Source: Octopus bimaculoides (taxonomy: Eukaryota). Taken from it: a stretch of 64,000 nucleotides of DNA. The first letter of the stretch is position 1; every line of letters starts with the position of its first letter. Position numbers and translations under genes: made by a program. The stretch spans positions 63,558,274 through 63,622,273 of the forward strand of contig NC_068992.1 of NCBI RefSeq assembly GCF_001194135.2, in the 5' to 3' direction. Positions 50,167-62,370 of this stretch are shown here, in pieces. The notes beneath the pieces were generated by a model that saw only the letters and a list, made by a program, of their open reading frames with translations, was not told the DNA's origin and ran no database searches.

Positions 50167-50299
50167 GGCGTAGGAGTGGCTGTGTGGTAAATAGCTTGCT
50201 TACCAACCACATGGTTCCGGGTTCATTCCCACTGCGTGGCATCTTGGGCGTCTTGTAAGTAGATTTGGTAGATGGAAACGGAAAGAAGCCCGTCGTGTG

Positions 50300-50341
<42 letters not shown>

Positions 50342-50572
50342 CATATATATATGTGTGTGTGTGTGTGTATGTTTGTTTATCTGTGTTTGGCCCCCCCACC
50401 ATCGCTTGACAACCGATGCTGGTGTGTTTACGTCCCGTAACTTAGCGGTTCGGCATTTGAGACCGAAAGAATAAGTACGCGACTTACAAAGAATAAGTCC
50501 TGGGGTCGATTTGCTCGATTAAAGGCGGTGCTCCAGCATGGCCGCAATCAAATGACTGAAACAAGTAAAAGA
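50165..50572 (+). mobile_element. SINE family A, full length
   Basis: tRNA-like head taggcgtaggagtggctgtgtggtaaatagc...gggttcattccc, central TA/TG tract, tail gactgaaacaagtaaaaga. Confidence 0.95.
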
Positions 50573-51004
50573 TATATATGTGTACGTTTATGTTTACATA
50601 TACATATATATACATATATATACATATATATGTATGTGTGTATGTGTCCCCGCACGCTTGTGTGTGTATGTGTGTTCTTGTGACTACATGCATCGATAAT
50701 AGATAAATGCATATATAAACTTGAATGTATTCAATATATATATATACACACACACACGGTAGTCCCTTGCCATATAGCAGTTCACCTATCGCTAAATTTT
50801 TGTCATTGTTTTTGTTCATATTAATTTGGTTCATGTTAATAATGTCGCAATATTTGCTGTTATTAGAAATGTTTTAGAAAAAAGCCTACATTTGGAGGAT
50901 TAAAAGCACTAATATAACATTACAGAAAGAAGATAACATCGGGATAATTTTAGGGTGTGACAATATCATTGGGGCAAATTTGTTGAGAGGATAACAACAT
51001 TGAG

Positions 51005-52143
51005 ACGACATCGATGTTGCAGTGCTTGGATCCCATCGGTGAAGGAGTTTTCATCCTGTTGCTCAAAAACGTCGACACAGAAATGACGTCATCATCACTG
51101 TGATACTGGTTCCCAGTCAAGTGTTTTTGTTTTTTTTTCATTCTGTAGAACAGATTATAGTTAGATGGGGCCAAATCAGGAGAATACGGAGGGTGATCAA
51201 CCAGTTCAAAGCCTCAGTCACATACTGCAATCATTGAAACCAAGGAGTTGTGTACTGGAGCATTATCCTCATGAGACTAGACCCCTTTCGTCAGTTTTCC
51301 TGGGTGATTGGTCTTGATAGTCTTCCGTAACTACGTAACTACCTTAGCAAGTTGGCTAAAGTATTCTCCATAGATGGTGTGGACCTTTTGAAAATAGTAA
51401 ACACTTTGCTCTTTACATCTAAAAAAAACGGAAGTAATTGCTTTCGCTGTAGATGAAATGACCTTGGCCTCTTTCACACAGGTGAGGAGGAGTGTTTCCA
51501 CTGCATGCATTGTCTCTTTGTCTCTGGCTCAAAGTGATGAATCAAACACTCATCCTGGCGTAAGAATCGTTGAACGAAACTAGATGCCTACCTGAAGAGC
51601 AATGTCAGGTTTTCTTGTGGTCAGCCTGGTCATCAGCATGAGCCTGGTACGCTTTTAACCAAGTGTCAGTAGACTTCATTGTGCAGAATATTCTCAACTC
51701 TTTCACAGGATATACTAAAGACATTGGCTATTTGATTTATAGTTAATCGCCTGTCATCCATCACTATGTGATGAACATGATCAATGTTTTCTTCAGTGGT
51801 AGTTGCAGGACGTCCAGATCTTAGGCATATTCAAGACTCTCACTTTCCCTCTTAAATTTAGCTGCCCACTTCTGCACAGTTGATAAAACTGGAACGTCTC
51901 CCCTAATGTAGCAGCATGTCATTGGGGGCTAAACCCTTTTCCTGCAGCTACTTGATAACACCACGGTGACAAATTTTGTCTATTTTGAACAGCCAGATGT
52001 CAGTTTACTGGAAAGAAATAATGTAGTTATTAATAAGACGCCTGGAGGCTGAAACATATAAAAGAATTAAAGAATTAAAAAATTTTCACAGCTCTAGAAT
52101 CATTCCTTCATAATCAGCCAATGAACTTTTCATCCTACCCTCG
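51005..52143 (-). mobile_element. Mariner transposon, decayed, missing its 3' TIR
   Basis: Right end catcctaccctcg|TA. Minus-strand pieces: TVQKWAAKFKR, SGRPATTTEENIDHVHHIVMDDRRLTINQIA, PPYSPDLAPSNYNLF, KHLTGNQYHSDDDVIS. Confidence 0.85.
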
Positions 52144-52144
52144 T

Positions 52145-52340
52145 AAGATAACTTTATAGTGAGGTGATGTCATTGGGACAAATTTGTGAAGTAATAATAA
52201 CACTGGGATAACATTGTGGAGTGAGGATAACATTGGAATAACTTTATCTTTCGGCCAAATTTATGGAGTAATAATAACAGTGACACTATAATGGATCTAG
52301 GATAATGTTGGATAACCTTATAATGTGGGAATACCATTGG
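52145..52340. repeat. Degenerate 'ggataacatt' minisatellite-like tract, also at 50935-51003
   Basis: The motif recurs on both sides of the mariner. Confidence 0.5.
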
Positions 52341-52857
52341 CACAGCTTTAGGAGAAACAACAGGATTTCGCTGGTATTTTATTTATCAAACTCACAAGGG
52401 TAAAAGGTAAAGTACCACCTCTGTGCGATTAAAGCTTAGGTCACCGGAAAACGAGTTAATTAGCTCCCCATCTATTCTACTCCCGGCATCTTCCGAAGAC
52501 GAGGTAAGGTGTATTCATAAAATAATAAATAAATATTGATTTTTTGTTTATTTGTTCGTTTGTTCCTTCATTTTATCACTTCTCTCATTTGATGCTGGAT
52601 TTGAGGAAGAATTTCGTTATATGCGTAAAAAAATAAAGAAAGTTATTGAAATGTCTAAATTAGTAAGCGAAAATTTCCAACATGAAATAAATATATCACA
52701 GCAGAACAAAGTTAGTTCAGTTGATATAAAATTAGGAACGCCAAGCTATAAACTATAAACCGAAAAGAAAAGCAAAACTTGGAGCAAAATTAAATTCTTT
52801 CAACATTTTTCTTTCTTTGAAATCTTATTTGCTTCTAACGAAAATATCAATTTTTCC

Positions 52858-52939
<82 letters not shown>

Positions 52940-53118
52940 TTATTGCATCTTTTAGTCATCGCTTAACACGATGGTATTTAACGTTATTAAATATCTTATG
53001 ATGTTAATTCCTTTTCAATAATATTTAAGAAGAAATTATCTATAAAGTATGATTCTTTAAATAGATAAAGCTTGACAGTAAATTAGCTCCGATCAAAAAG
53101 GGAAACAAAAAACTAACT

Positions 53119-53264
53119 GGGGTGGCTGTGTGGTAAGAAGTTTCCTTCTCAGTCACTTGGTTCCAGATTCAGGGCAACTAGGACAATATTTCTGTTATAG
53201 CCTCGAACAGACAAAAGCCTTGTGAGTGGATTTGATAGATTGAAACTGAAAGAAGCCCGTTGTA
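53119..53264 (+). mobile_element. SINE family A head, interrupted by mariner
   Basis: ggggtggctgtgtggtaagaag...gaaactgaaagaagcccgttgTA. Confidence 0.85.
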
Positions 53265-54506
53265 TTGGGCTGACAAGAAAGTAATTTCGATTTTTTAGTG
53301 TGATGTAAAAGTTATTTTTTTATACAAAGAATGAACTTTAATCAATTACATATTTTCCATTTTGTTCGATGACCTTTTGTCATCTTTCTGGCAACTTCAT
53401 AATTCCACGCTCATAGAACTTTTGGTCCTTATCAGCCAAAAACTGAAGCAAGTGCGATTTCAGGTCATCATCATTATTGAAAGTCTTACCATTCAAAGAA
53501 TTTGGCAAATTTCGAAACAAATGGTAATCTGATGGTGCAAGGTCAGGGCTATATGGTGGATGTGACTTCACTTCCCAATCAAGCTCCAATAATATTTCAC
53601 GAGTTAGCAAAGAGGTGTGTGGTCTAGCGTTGTCATGGTGGAATACGATTCCTTTACGATTTGCCAATTCTGGCCGTTTTTCTTTGATTGCTTCCTCCAG
53701 TTTCATTAGTTGTTGACAGTAAACATCTGAATTAGTCGTTTGATTCCTTGGAAGCAGCTCAAAATACACAACACCTTTGTAATCTCACCAAATTGACAGC
53801 GTGACCTTTTTTTCATGCAATTCAGCTTTCGATGTGGTTTGAGCTGGTTCATTAGGCTTGGACCATGATCGTTTTCGATTGATGCTATGGTAGACAATCC
53901 ATTTTTCATCAGTGATGATTCGTTTCAAAAAACAATTGATTTCATTGCGTTTGAGATGCATATCGCAAATATTGATTCGTTGTGTTGAGTGTTAAGTGTA
54001 TTTCTTTCAATTTATGTCAATTAATATCGAGCTTCTTAACAAGTCCAAGACATTATAAGTGATTTTCAAGTGTTGTATATGATACATTTAACCTCTTTGT
54101 ATTCTTTCGTAGTTATATGGCAATCAGATTCAGTTATGGCTTTGATTCGGTCATCATCAACTTCAGTAGGTCAACCAGAGCGCTGGTCATCTTTAAATGA
54201 AAAATTTCCAGAACGGAATTTTTAAAACCATTTCTGACATGTGCGTTTGTGAGCCTCAGCAGCTTTTTTCCTTTACGGAAATAATAAAGCAAAATATGGC
54301 GAAAATGTTCGTTTTGCAACTCCATGTTAAAATTGACACTGAACTAACAGTTGTAAACAAAAGTACGCGCAATTTGCTTCTAAAGTAAGCTAAAAGTAAC
54401 GGCTATCAAATGTCAAAAGGAAAAAATATCATAACATTGACAAAAGTCATTCAAAGAAATCGTAACTCTTTTTGCGAAAAACTAAATTACTTTCTTACCA
54501 ACCCAA
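53265..54506 (-). mobile_element. Full-length (1242 bp) mariner DD34D transposon with disrupted transposase
   Basis: TIRs ttgggctgacaagaaagtaattt / aaattactttcttaccaacccaa; TA duplications at 53263-64 and 54507-08. Pieces: MELQNEHFRHILLYYFRKGK, RIITDEKW, HHDNARPH-...-HPPYSPDLAPSDYHLF with D34D spacing. Confidence 0.95.
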
Positions 54507-54519
54507 TATATACTGCATA

Positions 54520-54551
<32 letters not shown>

Positions 54552-54759
54552 NNNNNNNNNNNNNNNNNNNNNNNNNNNNNNNNNNNNNNNNNNNNNNNNN
54601 NNNNNNNNNNNNNNNNNNNNNNNNNNNNNNNNNNNNNNNNATATATACATACATACATACATACATACATACATACACACATTTTTTCATATACATATAT
54701 AAATATGTGTTTGGGTGTGGGTGTGTGCACGTTTCTATGTATGTTTCTATGTATGCTTA

Positions 54760-55066
54760 TGTGTGTGTGTCTTTGTGCTTTCTTTGTCCCTCTTCCACCG
54801 CTTGATATCTGGCAATGGCTTGTTTACGTTTCCGTAAATGTAGCTGTTCGGCAACAGAGATCGATAGAATAAATACCAGGCTTTAAAAATGTAAGTACTA
54901 GGGTCGATTCGATTCATCCGAGTAAAACCGTTCAAGGCGGTGCTCCAATATGGCCACAACATGGCCGCAACATGGCCGTAACATGACTGAAACATGGCCA
55001 CAACATGGCCGCGACATATGGCCACAACATGGCCACAATCCTAATGACTGAAACAAGTGACAAATA
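54760..55066 (+). mobile_element. SINE family A tail with internal 11-mer tandem expansion
   Basis: Family A 3' half; atggcc(a/g)caac-type unit repeated about 8 times at 54950-55039. Confidence 0.85.
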
Positions 55067-55146
55067 AATGATTAAGAGGCATTGATTTCACCGAATTCTA
55101 TCTTTATTTCCACTTCACGTTCCATTGCTCGTTAGTTCGTTCGTTG

Positions 55147-55183
55147 TCGGTCGGTCGGTCGGTCGGTCGGTCGGTCGGTCGGT
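55147..55183. repeat. (GTCG)n tetranucleotide microsatellite
   Basis: Directly visible. Confidence 0.95.
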
Positions 55184-56863
55184 TGTCTTTCAATCTTAGG
55201 GTTTTCTATGAGAAGTTGTTAGTTCTTTCGCTGCGCTCAAACCTTCTTCTTTATTAGAGAAAGACGTGAATGGGATGGTTCCTCATCTCATTATTTCTCG
55301 GTAGGCAGTTCATTAATATATAAGAAGGACATTCTATTTCGCTTTCCATCGACGGGAGCAATTCAACTCACAACAAGCCAACATATATCTGCCTACGTGC
55401 AAGAAATAGCAGCCAAATTTAAATAAAATCACAGTATGCCGTCTTCTCCAAAGGAAGTCTATATTGGATAAGTAAACCTAAAGATACTATGTCCAAAAAT
55501 TAGAAAGGGGTGGTTACGGTTGGATCACTTTATTTGATGTGTGTTCTCAGTACACATATGATCTTTAATAAAAATAAAAAGCTACACACATAATCCTTCG
55601 ATAATTAGTTAATGCGCATATAATCCTACTAAAAGCACTGAAATGCTTTCGTATTAACTTCATACTTAAAAAAAAAAGATTAAACACAACCACACACACA
55701 CATTTATACGCACTCACACGCATGCACCCACACAAACACACACACATACATACATACATATATACTAGTCACACATGCACAGACAAAACAAAGCAAAATT
55801 AAGCGGAGGTCAGCTAAATTTCTCTTCATTTAATAAAAAGCGATGATTGGTGGAGCCGTTAGAAATGTCGGCTGGGAATGTCTTGCGGTATTTGTTCCGG
55901 TTCAAATCGCATCGAAGGATTAAACTTGTTTTTAATCCTTCAGGAATCTGGCAAATAAGAGTATCATATAAGTACTGGAGATGATTTTTCTTCTTCTTCT
56001 TCTTACCTTCTTCCTCTTCTTCCTCCTCTTTCTTGTCCTCCTTCGCCCCTACTCTCTTCTACTCTACCTCCTTTTTCTTTTCTTCTTCCTCTTTTCCCCC
56101 TTCTTCCTTTTTATTCTCCATTTGAAAGCCCAGAACAGAAGACTCCCCCAGACATTTTGAGAAAATATCCATCGCCACGCAGGGGAATTTACTTGGGCTT
56201 AGCAAACGTAAGAGTACGACAGCCCCTATCTGAAAGCTTTGGTTTTCTTCCGGAGTTTTATTTCGACGAGGATTTTCCCTCTTTCTTAAAGGTTGTCATT
56301 ACTTTCGAGACAACTTATTCATACAACAAACGTTTCGGCTGCCATACGAGCACCAACATTTTGACCTCTTTGAAAGTCCCATAGATCTGTCAATTTAATA
56401 AATTTTAATTACCTTTTTTCTGATGATGTCTGCAAAGAAACAGCAATTTTAGCAAAACATATTAAACAAGATTTTGACGATTTTATAGATATTTCAAAAT
56501 TATGATGTTATGATGCTAGGTGTTTCCATTATTTTGTCCAACCCCTGTATATATGTATATATATATATATACACACACAGAAATGTCTATATATATATAT
56601 GTGTATGTGTGTGTGTGTGTGTGCTCGTGCGTGCGTGTGTGTATCCATATGTCTATGCATATCACTGTATCACTGTATCGACCACACTATAGGATGTTGT
56701 TAGACACCACCGGTCATTGTGTTTTACCCTTCGCCACTCCATTGTACACAGTCGATTGGTTGATCACCAACTTAGTTGAAGACTAAAGAAGTTGTGAAAT
56801 ATTTTAGAGAAATTGAATCCGTCGCTGCGACATCACTGATACATAAAACCATTGTTGTCGTTA

Positions 56864-56926
<63 letters not shown>

Positions 56927-57385
56927 CTGTTGTTGTTGTTATTGTTGTTGGTTTGTTGTTGTTATTGTTACTGAAGTATGTTGTGCGATTGTCAACAAAC
57001 AACGGAATAAATTCATCTCTCGAGTGTCTTGGTTTTTAGTTGAAGTTGAAATAAAAATTACAGAAATTTGAAAAGAAATCTAGTAATATTAATAAAACCT
57101 GGTTTATGTTATTGTAACAAAAGGAAACAAAATGTAAGGTAATACATATACAATATCACATCACGTAAAATTTGTTTTTTTGTTATTAAAGTATATAACG
57201 TTATAGAAAATATACAAAATGTTACATATTAATGTATATGATATTATTTATATATATATATATGTATGTATATATGCGCACCATAATTCTTGTGATGCAA
57301 TCTGCTCCGTTTGTTTATAAATATACTCAGTCTTGCTGTAAAGATTGGGTTAACACTCAAGTTAACGAGAGAATATGATCAAGTG

Positions 57386-57436
<51 letters not shown>

Positions 57437-58213
57437 CAAACATACATATTTACATGTATTTCTGTGTTTTTGGTATGTATATATATGAAAGAGAAAAGGA
57501 AAAAATGATTCTATATGCGGGCGTATAAGAATGACAGAACTTAGGTAAAAAGAATGAGAACACATAACAGAGGAAAAAGTTATCCTTCATCGGCTGTCCT
57601 GCTAAGGATTCTTGCGGTTTGGATACCTGTTGATCAAACCGCTGTACTAGTGGTTTCAATAGCCGTCAAGTTTGATCAATAGCCGTCGAATTGATTCTTA
57701 GGGCGTTATACCGTTGGATCGAATCACAAAAGACACACATATGCAATTAAATGTAAATGGTTGAGACAATATAAAATAGAACACAAAGGATAAGAAGAAA
57801 TATATGGTTAAATACTTAGTCTATATGATAAAACAAAATATCAAATCAAAACAACGCTGTTCAGTTGTCTTAAAATTACTTTAGCCTCTTTCTCTCTAAC
57901 TCTAATGTCTTTCTACTCTCTCCTCTCTTTTCCTGCTTGAAAATTCTCGCTCCGCTACGACCTGTCAGCTTGGTTTCTCACTGAAATTCGCCCCGAGAAA
58001 CATCACTTCCTCACCTCTCCTTTCGTCTACTCAAGAACTATGTTCGTGGCTACATATAAATGTTATATAAACGCCTTTTCTCCCAGCATTGCATGTGTGC
58101 ACTATTATCGTGTGTTGTTTTATTTAGTCATATTTCGGTCATAAAAGACTAAGATATATATATATGTGAGGTGCATATGCATATATGCACGTATACATGT
58201 CTGTATGTAACCT

Positions 58214-58252
<39 letters not shown>

Positions 58253-58327
58253 AAGTTTAGTTATAATAAAAATTTTACATTATTCTGAAGGGTTACTCTC
58301 TACTTCCGCAATTTAGTCTTAAACAAA

Positions 58328-59047
58328 AATATTGCTGACAGTGACTACGAAGTTTCGGCGAGTTCAGCCATCACTGGACTGCAATGCATTAGAATTAATC
58401 CTGACTTATATAGTCTTCCTTGCGTGTGTATGTTTGAGTGGGGGTAGTAATTAGGTTTTAGGGCGCGTTGTTATGGAGAAGTGTTTTGGAGAAATTTATA
58501 TTGATTAGATTTGGGGATCTGTTATTGTCTAGGATTTATTCATGTGTGTGGAGCTTTGTAAGTAAGAGTGTGTTTATATGTGCGTCTCTTTGTTAGGTAG
58601 CCACAAGATGTGTCAGTAGTTTTAGTTACTTTCGATTTAATCTTTTGCTTTGACAGTGTAAACGTCAGAGGTACAAAGTCCAGTATTTAAAACCTTAGTA
58701 ATTGAGTGTGTCTACTTTTGGGGGATGACATTTTTTAAAGGTTCACAAAAGAATGTAAATAGCTGGTCTGTTTCTTTACTTGTTGTTGTTGCCATTTAGG
58801 GTATTTCCTATCTGTATCCGGAAGATGATAGCCTATTTGTCAGATATGTCATGGTGTTGTTAGTATAGAAAATTTCTTCTCTTATGTTTTGATGTTCACA
58901 TAAGGTTGTAGGTAGGTGTAAAGTTGACAAATCCAAAGAAGATTTTAACTCAACAGAGCCCATATAAAGCCAAGATTACCTTCAATGCATTGCAGTCCGA
59001 CGATAGCTTAACTAGCAAAAAACTTCAAAGTGACTTTCAGCAATATT
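58328..59047. mobile_element. Element with ~90-bp diverged inverted repeats, each carrying a degenerate hammerhead-like motif
   Basis: aatattgctgacagtgact...ggactgcaatgcatt matches the reverse complement of aatgcattgcagtcc...gtgactttcagcaatatt. Confidence 0.65.
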
Positions 59048-59086
59048 ATTGTTTAAGAATAATTCATATATACGTTTGTTTTTATA

Positions 59087-59347
59087 AAACAATTGCAGCG
59101 TGAAAAGTGTTTATAAGCCATTTAAATGACACACAGAAACCGTTAGATCCACTTCAACATTTAAATCTAATTTTTCAAAATATTTTCGTCCCTTTGAACT
59201 CATGCTGCACCGAATTTTGTCAGTGAAAAAGTCGCGGTTTCAAAGCGACGAAAATATTTTGACAAATCAAATTTAAATGTTGAAGTGAATCTAACGGATT
59301 TTGTGTTTTTAAATGGCTTATAAATACCTTCCACGCTGCAATTGTTT
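59087..59347. repeat. Long inverted repeat (~110-bp arms, 40-bp spacer)
   Basis: 59087-59198 aligns to the reverse complement of 59239-59347 at roughly 85-90% identity by eye. Confidence 0.9.
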
Positions 59348-59748
59348 TTGTTTCAGCACACGATCTCAGATCAAGTCATTTGCTATGCAACTACATCTCC
59401 GTAATTTGTTTTTATATTCAATTATAATCTAAACAATTTTACACTAATCTTAGATGATGGCTTAACTGGCTGAAATTTTGAAGTCACTGTCAAGAACATT
59501 GTTGTTTTAGAATAAATGTGAGGGGGCGAAGTTGTTTGGGTATGTATTTCAGGAGTTTTAACCCTTTGCCTGTCAAAAGGCATTTTCTAAATGTGTCCTC
59601 GGCCCCCTATGCCTGTTTTTCAAATTATTCCTCTGCCCGTTTCATAAGTTCCGAGTAATATAACGCTTTCCTTTCATAAGTCCTCAGTTACTCTGGCAAC
59701 TAACAAACACTTAAGAATGTGTACCATATATGATGTATGGACACCAGA

Positions 59749-60101
59749 GTGGAGACGCAATGGCCCACTGGTTAGGGCAGCGGACTCGCGCTCGTAGGAT
59801 CGCAGGTTTCGATTCCCAAACCGGGCGTTGTGAGTGTTTATTGAGCGAAAACACCAAAAGCTCCACGAGGCTCCGGCACGGGGTGGTGACGAACTCTGCT
59901 GTACTCTTTCTCTCACTCTTTCTTCTTGTTTCTGTTGTACCTGTATTTCAAAAAGCCAGCCTTGCCACATTCTGTGTTACGCTGAATCTCTCCGAGAACT
60001 ACATTAAGTGTACACGTATCTGTGGAGTGCTCAGCCACTTGCACGTTAATTTCACGATCAGATCAGCTGGAACGCTCGTCGTCGCAACCGACGGAGTGCC
60101 A
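59749..60101 (+). mobile_element. tRNA-derived SINE family C
   Basis: A box-like tggcccactgg, B box-like gtttcgattcc; tail ending accgacggagtgcca. Confidence 0.85.
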
Positions 60102-60681
60102 TGAGTATGGACGCCAAAGAAGTATGTCCTACATATCGTATATGATACACAGGAGAGGCAAAGTGTTAAAAAACAAGACCCCCGACTAAATTAACAAAGA
60201 TGCGGATATAGAATTTCAAGAAAAAACGTAAATGGTAATTTTGGAATCCACATTAGGAACGCTTTATTGCAATTCTATAAGTTTATGTAAACATCTCCTT
60301 CAAGCCTAAACGACACACTGTATATTTTTGCGTGTATTTTTTTACTTATTTAAAACAATTTCGAAGGTCAGCCGCCCTGAGCAGCTTTGGCACATTTTTA
60401 CAATTATAACCCTCTGTGCTAGTGGTTGTGGGTACAAAGAGAAGACTGGGAGGAGTATCTTCTATGAATAGAATAAAAATCGCGAGTTGAGAGAAAAAAA
60501 ACAATCACAAAGGAATTTTTCTTTTTAAACAAAGAAAAAACAAATATTAAAAAAGAAAACTGTTTAAAAATATCAAGTTAAAACACAGAACAATATAGAA
60601 GAATAGAAATTTACCAGTTTATTTTTCTTTTAAGCGTTTAGGTCTGTCAGCCTGTCTCCCAATATATCTGTCTATAGATAG

Positions 60682-60715
<34 letters not shown>

Positions 60716-60932
60716 ATATGTATATATGTATATATGTGTGTATATNNNNNNNNNNNNNNNNNNNNNNNNNNNNNNNNNNNNNNNNNNNNNNNNNNNNNNN
60801 NNNNNNNNNNNNNNNNNNNNNNNNNNNATATATATATATATATATATATATATAGCTATATATATAGCTAGATAGGTAGATAGATACATACATACATACA
60901 TACATACATACATAACTAGCTAGCTTACTAAC

Positions 60933-60996
<64 letters not shown>

Positions 60997-61299
60997 AAGA
61001 TAGACATGAATGTATGCATGCACATTTCTATATTATGAATATGTATGTATGTGTGTGTGTGTTTGTGTGTGCATGCTGGAATACGTTAGTGCAGGGAATT
61101 CTTCATGTATATGAGCGTATTTAAATGAATATATCTGTGTACATGTGTGCACACGAGTGTGAGTGCGTGTATCTTGTTATACGCAAGCGCTGGGCAAACT
61201 GATTGTGACACTTCGTTTCGAAACCACGAGATTTAGCGTTCAACCTTGTTCTTTATGACCTTTGTTTATCTCCTAAACTGCAGGAGAACCTCAGTGTCA

Positions 61300-61495
61300 G
61301 TCACTTTGAAGACACCGAGAAAATGGAGGCTGAGACAAGGGTTCTGGTTACCTTAACCTTTGGGGACTTCACGGGGGCCTTCATGAAGTGGCTGGAACAT
61401 TATAATAAGTTCACCGAAGTCAAAGGATTCTTCTATGGAGTTGATTGGTGTTCTTTGCTTCTTTGAAATTAATAAATTTCTCTCCGGAAAATGTC
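61300..61495 (+). mobile_element. Tc1/mariner 3' end fragment
   Basis: Frameshifted GDF..GAFMKWLEHYNKF..VKG resembles the 'F..W..R..KC....G.YFE' transposase end. Confidence 0.5.
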
Positions 61496-61519
61496 TCAAA
61501 ACTTCTAGAATGCACCTCG

Positions 61520-61980
61520 TAGGATAAGTAGTTCAGATGCTGACATCAAATTCAGAAAAACACAAGCGTGAACAGCATGTCACAAACTCAAGAGAGTATG
61601 GAAGTGAAGACTGTTAAGAGGAACTGAAATCGGACTGTTCCTTACCGCTGTTGTGTCAGTGTTCGTATGGCAGTGAAACATGGACACTTATTGAACAAAC
61701 AAGCAAGAGTTTAGAAAGTGGCAATACAAGAATGATACGAAGGGCCTGGGATGCTAAATGACTACAGTAGCTGAGCATCTTTATGGAAGCCTTCCAAAAG
61801 TGGCCAACAAAATCAAAGAACGACGGTTTCGCATGTCAAGTCACTGCATGCTGCACCAGAAAGAAGAAGCGTGAAAACTTTTGCCCAGAGAGGTCATAGG
61901 ATTGGATTCTATCCACGAACTGAAGGCGACCATTATGAGTCGAGATGCTTGACGAAATGACTTTGACTTCGAAGACAAGG
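61520..61980 (+). pseudogene. RTE-clade LINE reverse transcriptase fragment
   Basis: ACHKLKRVWK, LFLTAVVSV..YGSETWTL, HLYGSLPKVANKIKERRFRMSSHC. Confidence 0.75.
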
Positions 61981-62066
61981 TGGGAACCCGATCAAAGTAA
62001 AGTATCAAAGTATCAAAGTAAAGATATACACCCGATAGAAACAAATGTATATATTAATGAAAATTA

Positions 62067-62283
62067 GGCGAAGAACTGGCAGAATCGTCAATATGCCGGG
62101 CAAAAAGCTTAATAGCATGTCGTCCGTCCTTGCGTTTTGAGTTCAAATTCCTCCGAGGTCGACTTTGCCTTTCATCATTTCGGAGTCGATAAATTAAGTA
62201 ACAGTGAAACACCGGGGGTCAATATAAGCGACTTACCCCTTCTCCATAAATTGTTGCCCTTGTGCCAAAATTTGAATACAATA
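62067..62283 (+). mobile_element. SINE family B, full length
   Basis: Head ggcgaagaactggcagaatcgtc; tail ttgtgccaaaatttgaatac. Confidence 0.9.
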
Positions 62284-62370
62284 TATTAAATAAAATTTAT
62301 TAATTTGTTTAATATTCTACAAACCTATGCATTGTGTGAATTATAAATGTTTTGCAAAGCCACAACAATG

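Noticed and set aside
56320-56360. AACGTTTCGGC as a hammerhead end
   Set aside because: The core and stem I are absent on the minus strand.
59749-59830. tRNA gene
   Set aside because: It has A/B boxes but no complete cloverleaf and continues into a SINE body; the same applies to the heads at 3457, 50165, 62067 and 63452.
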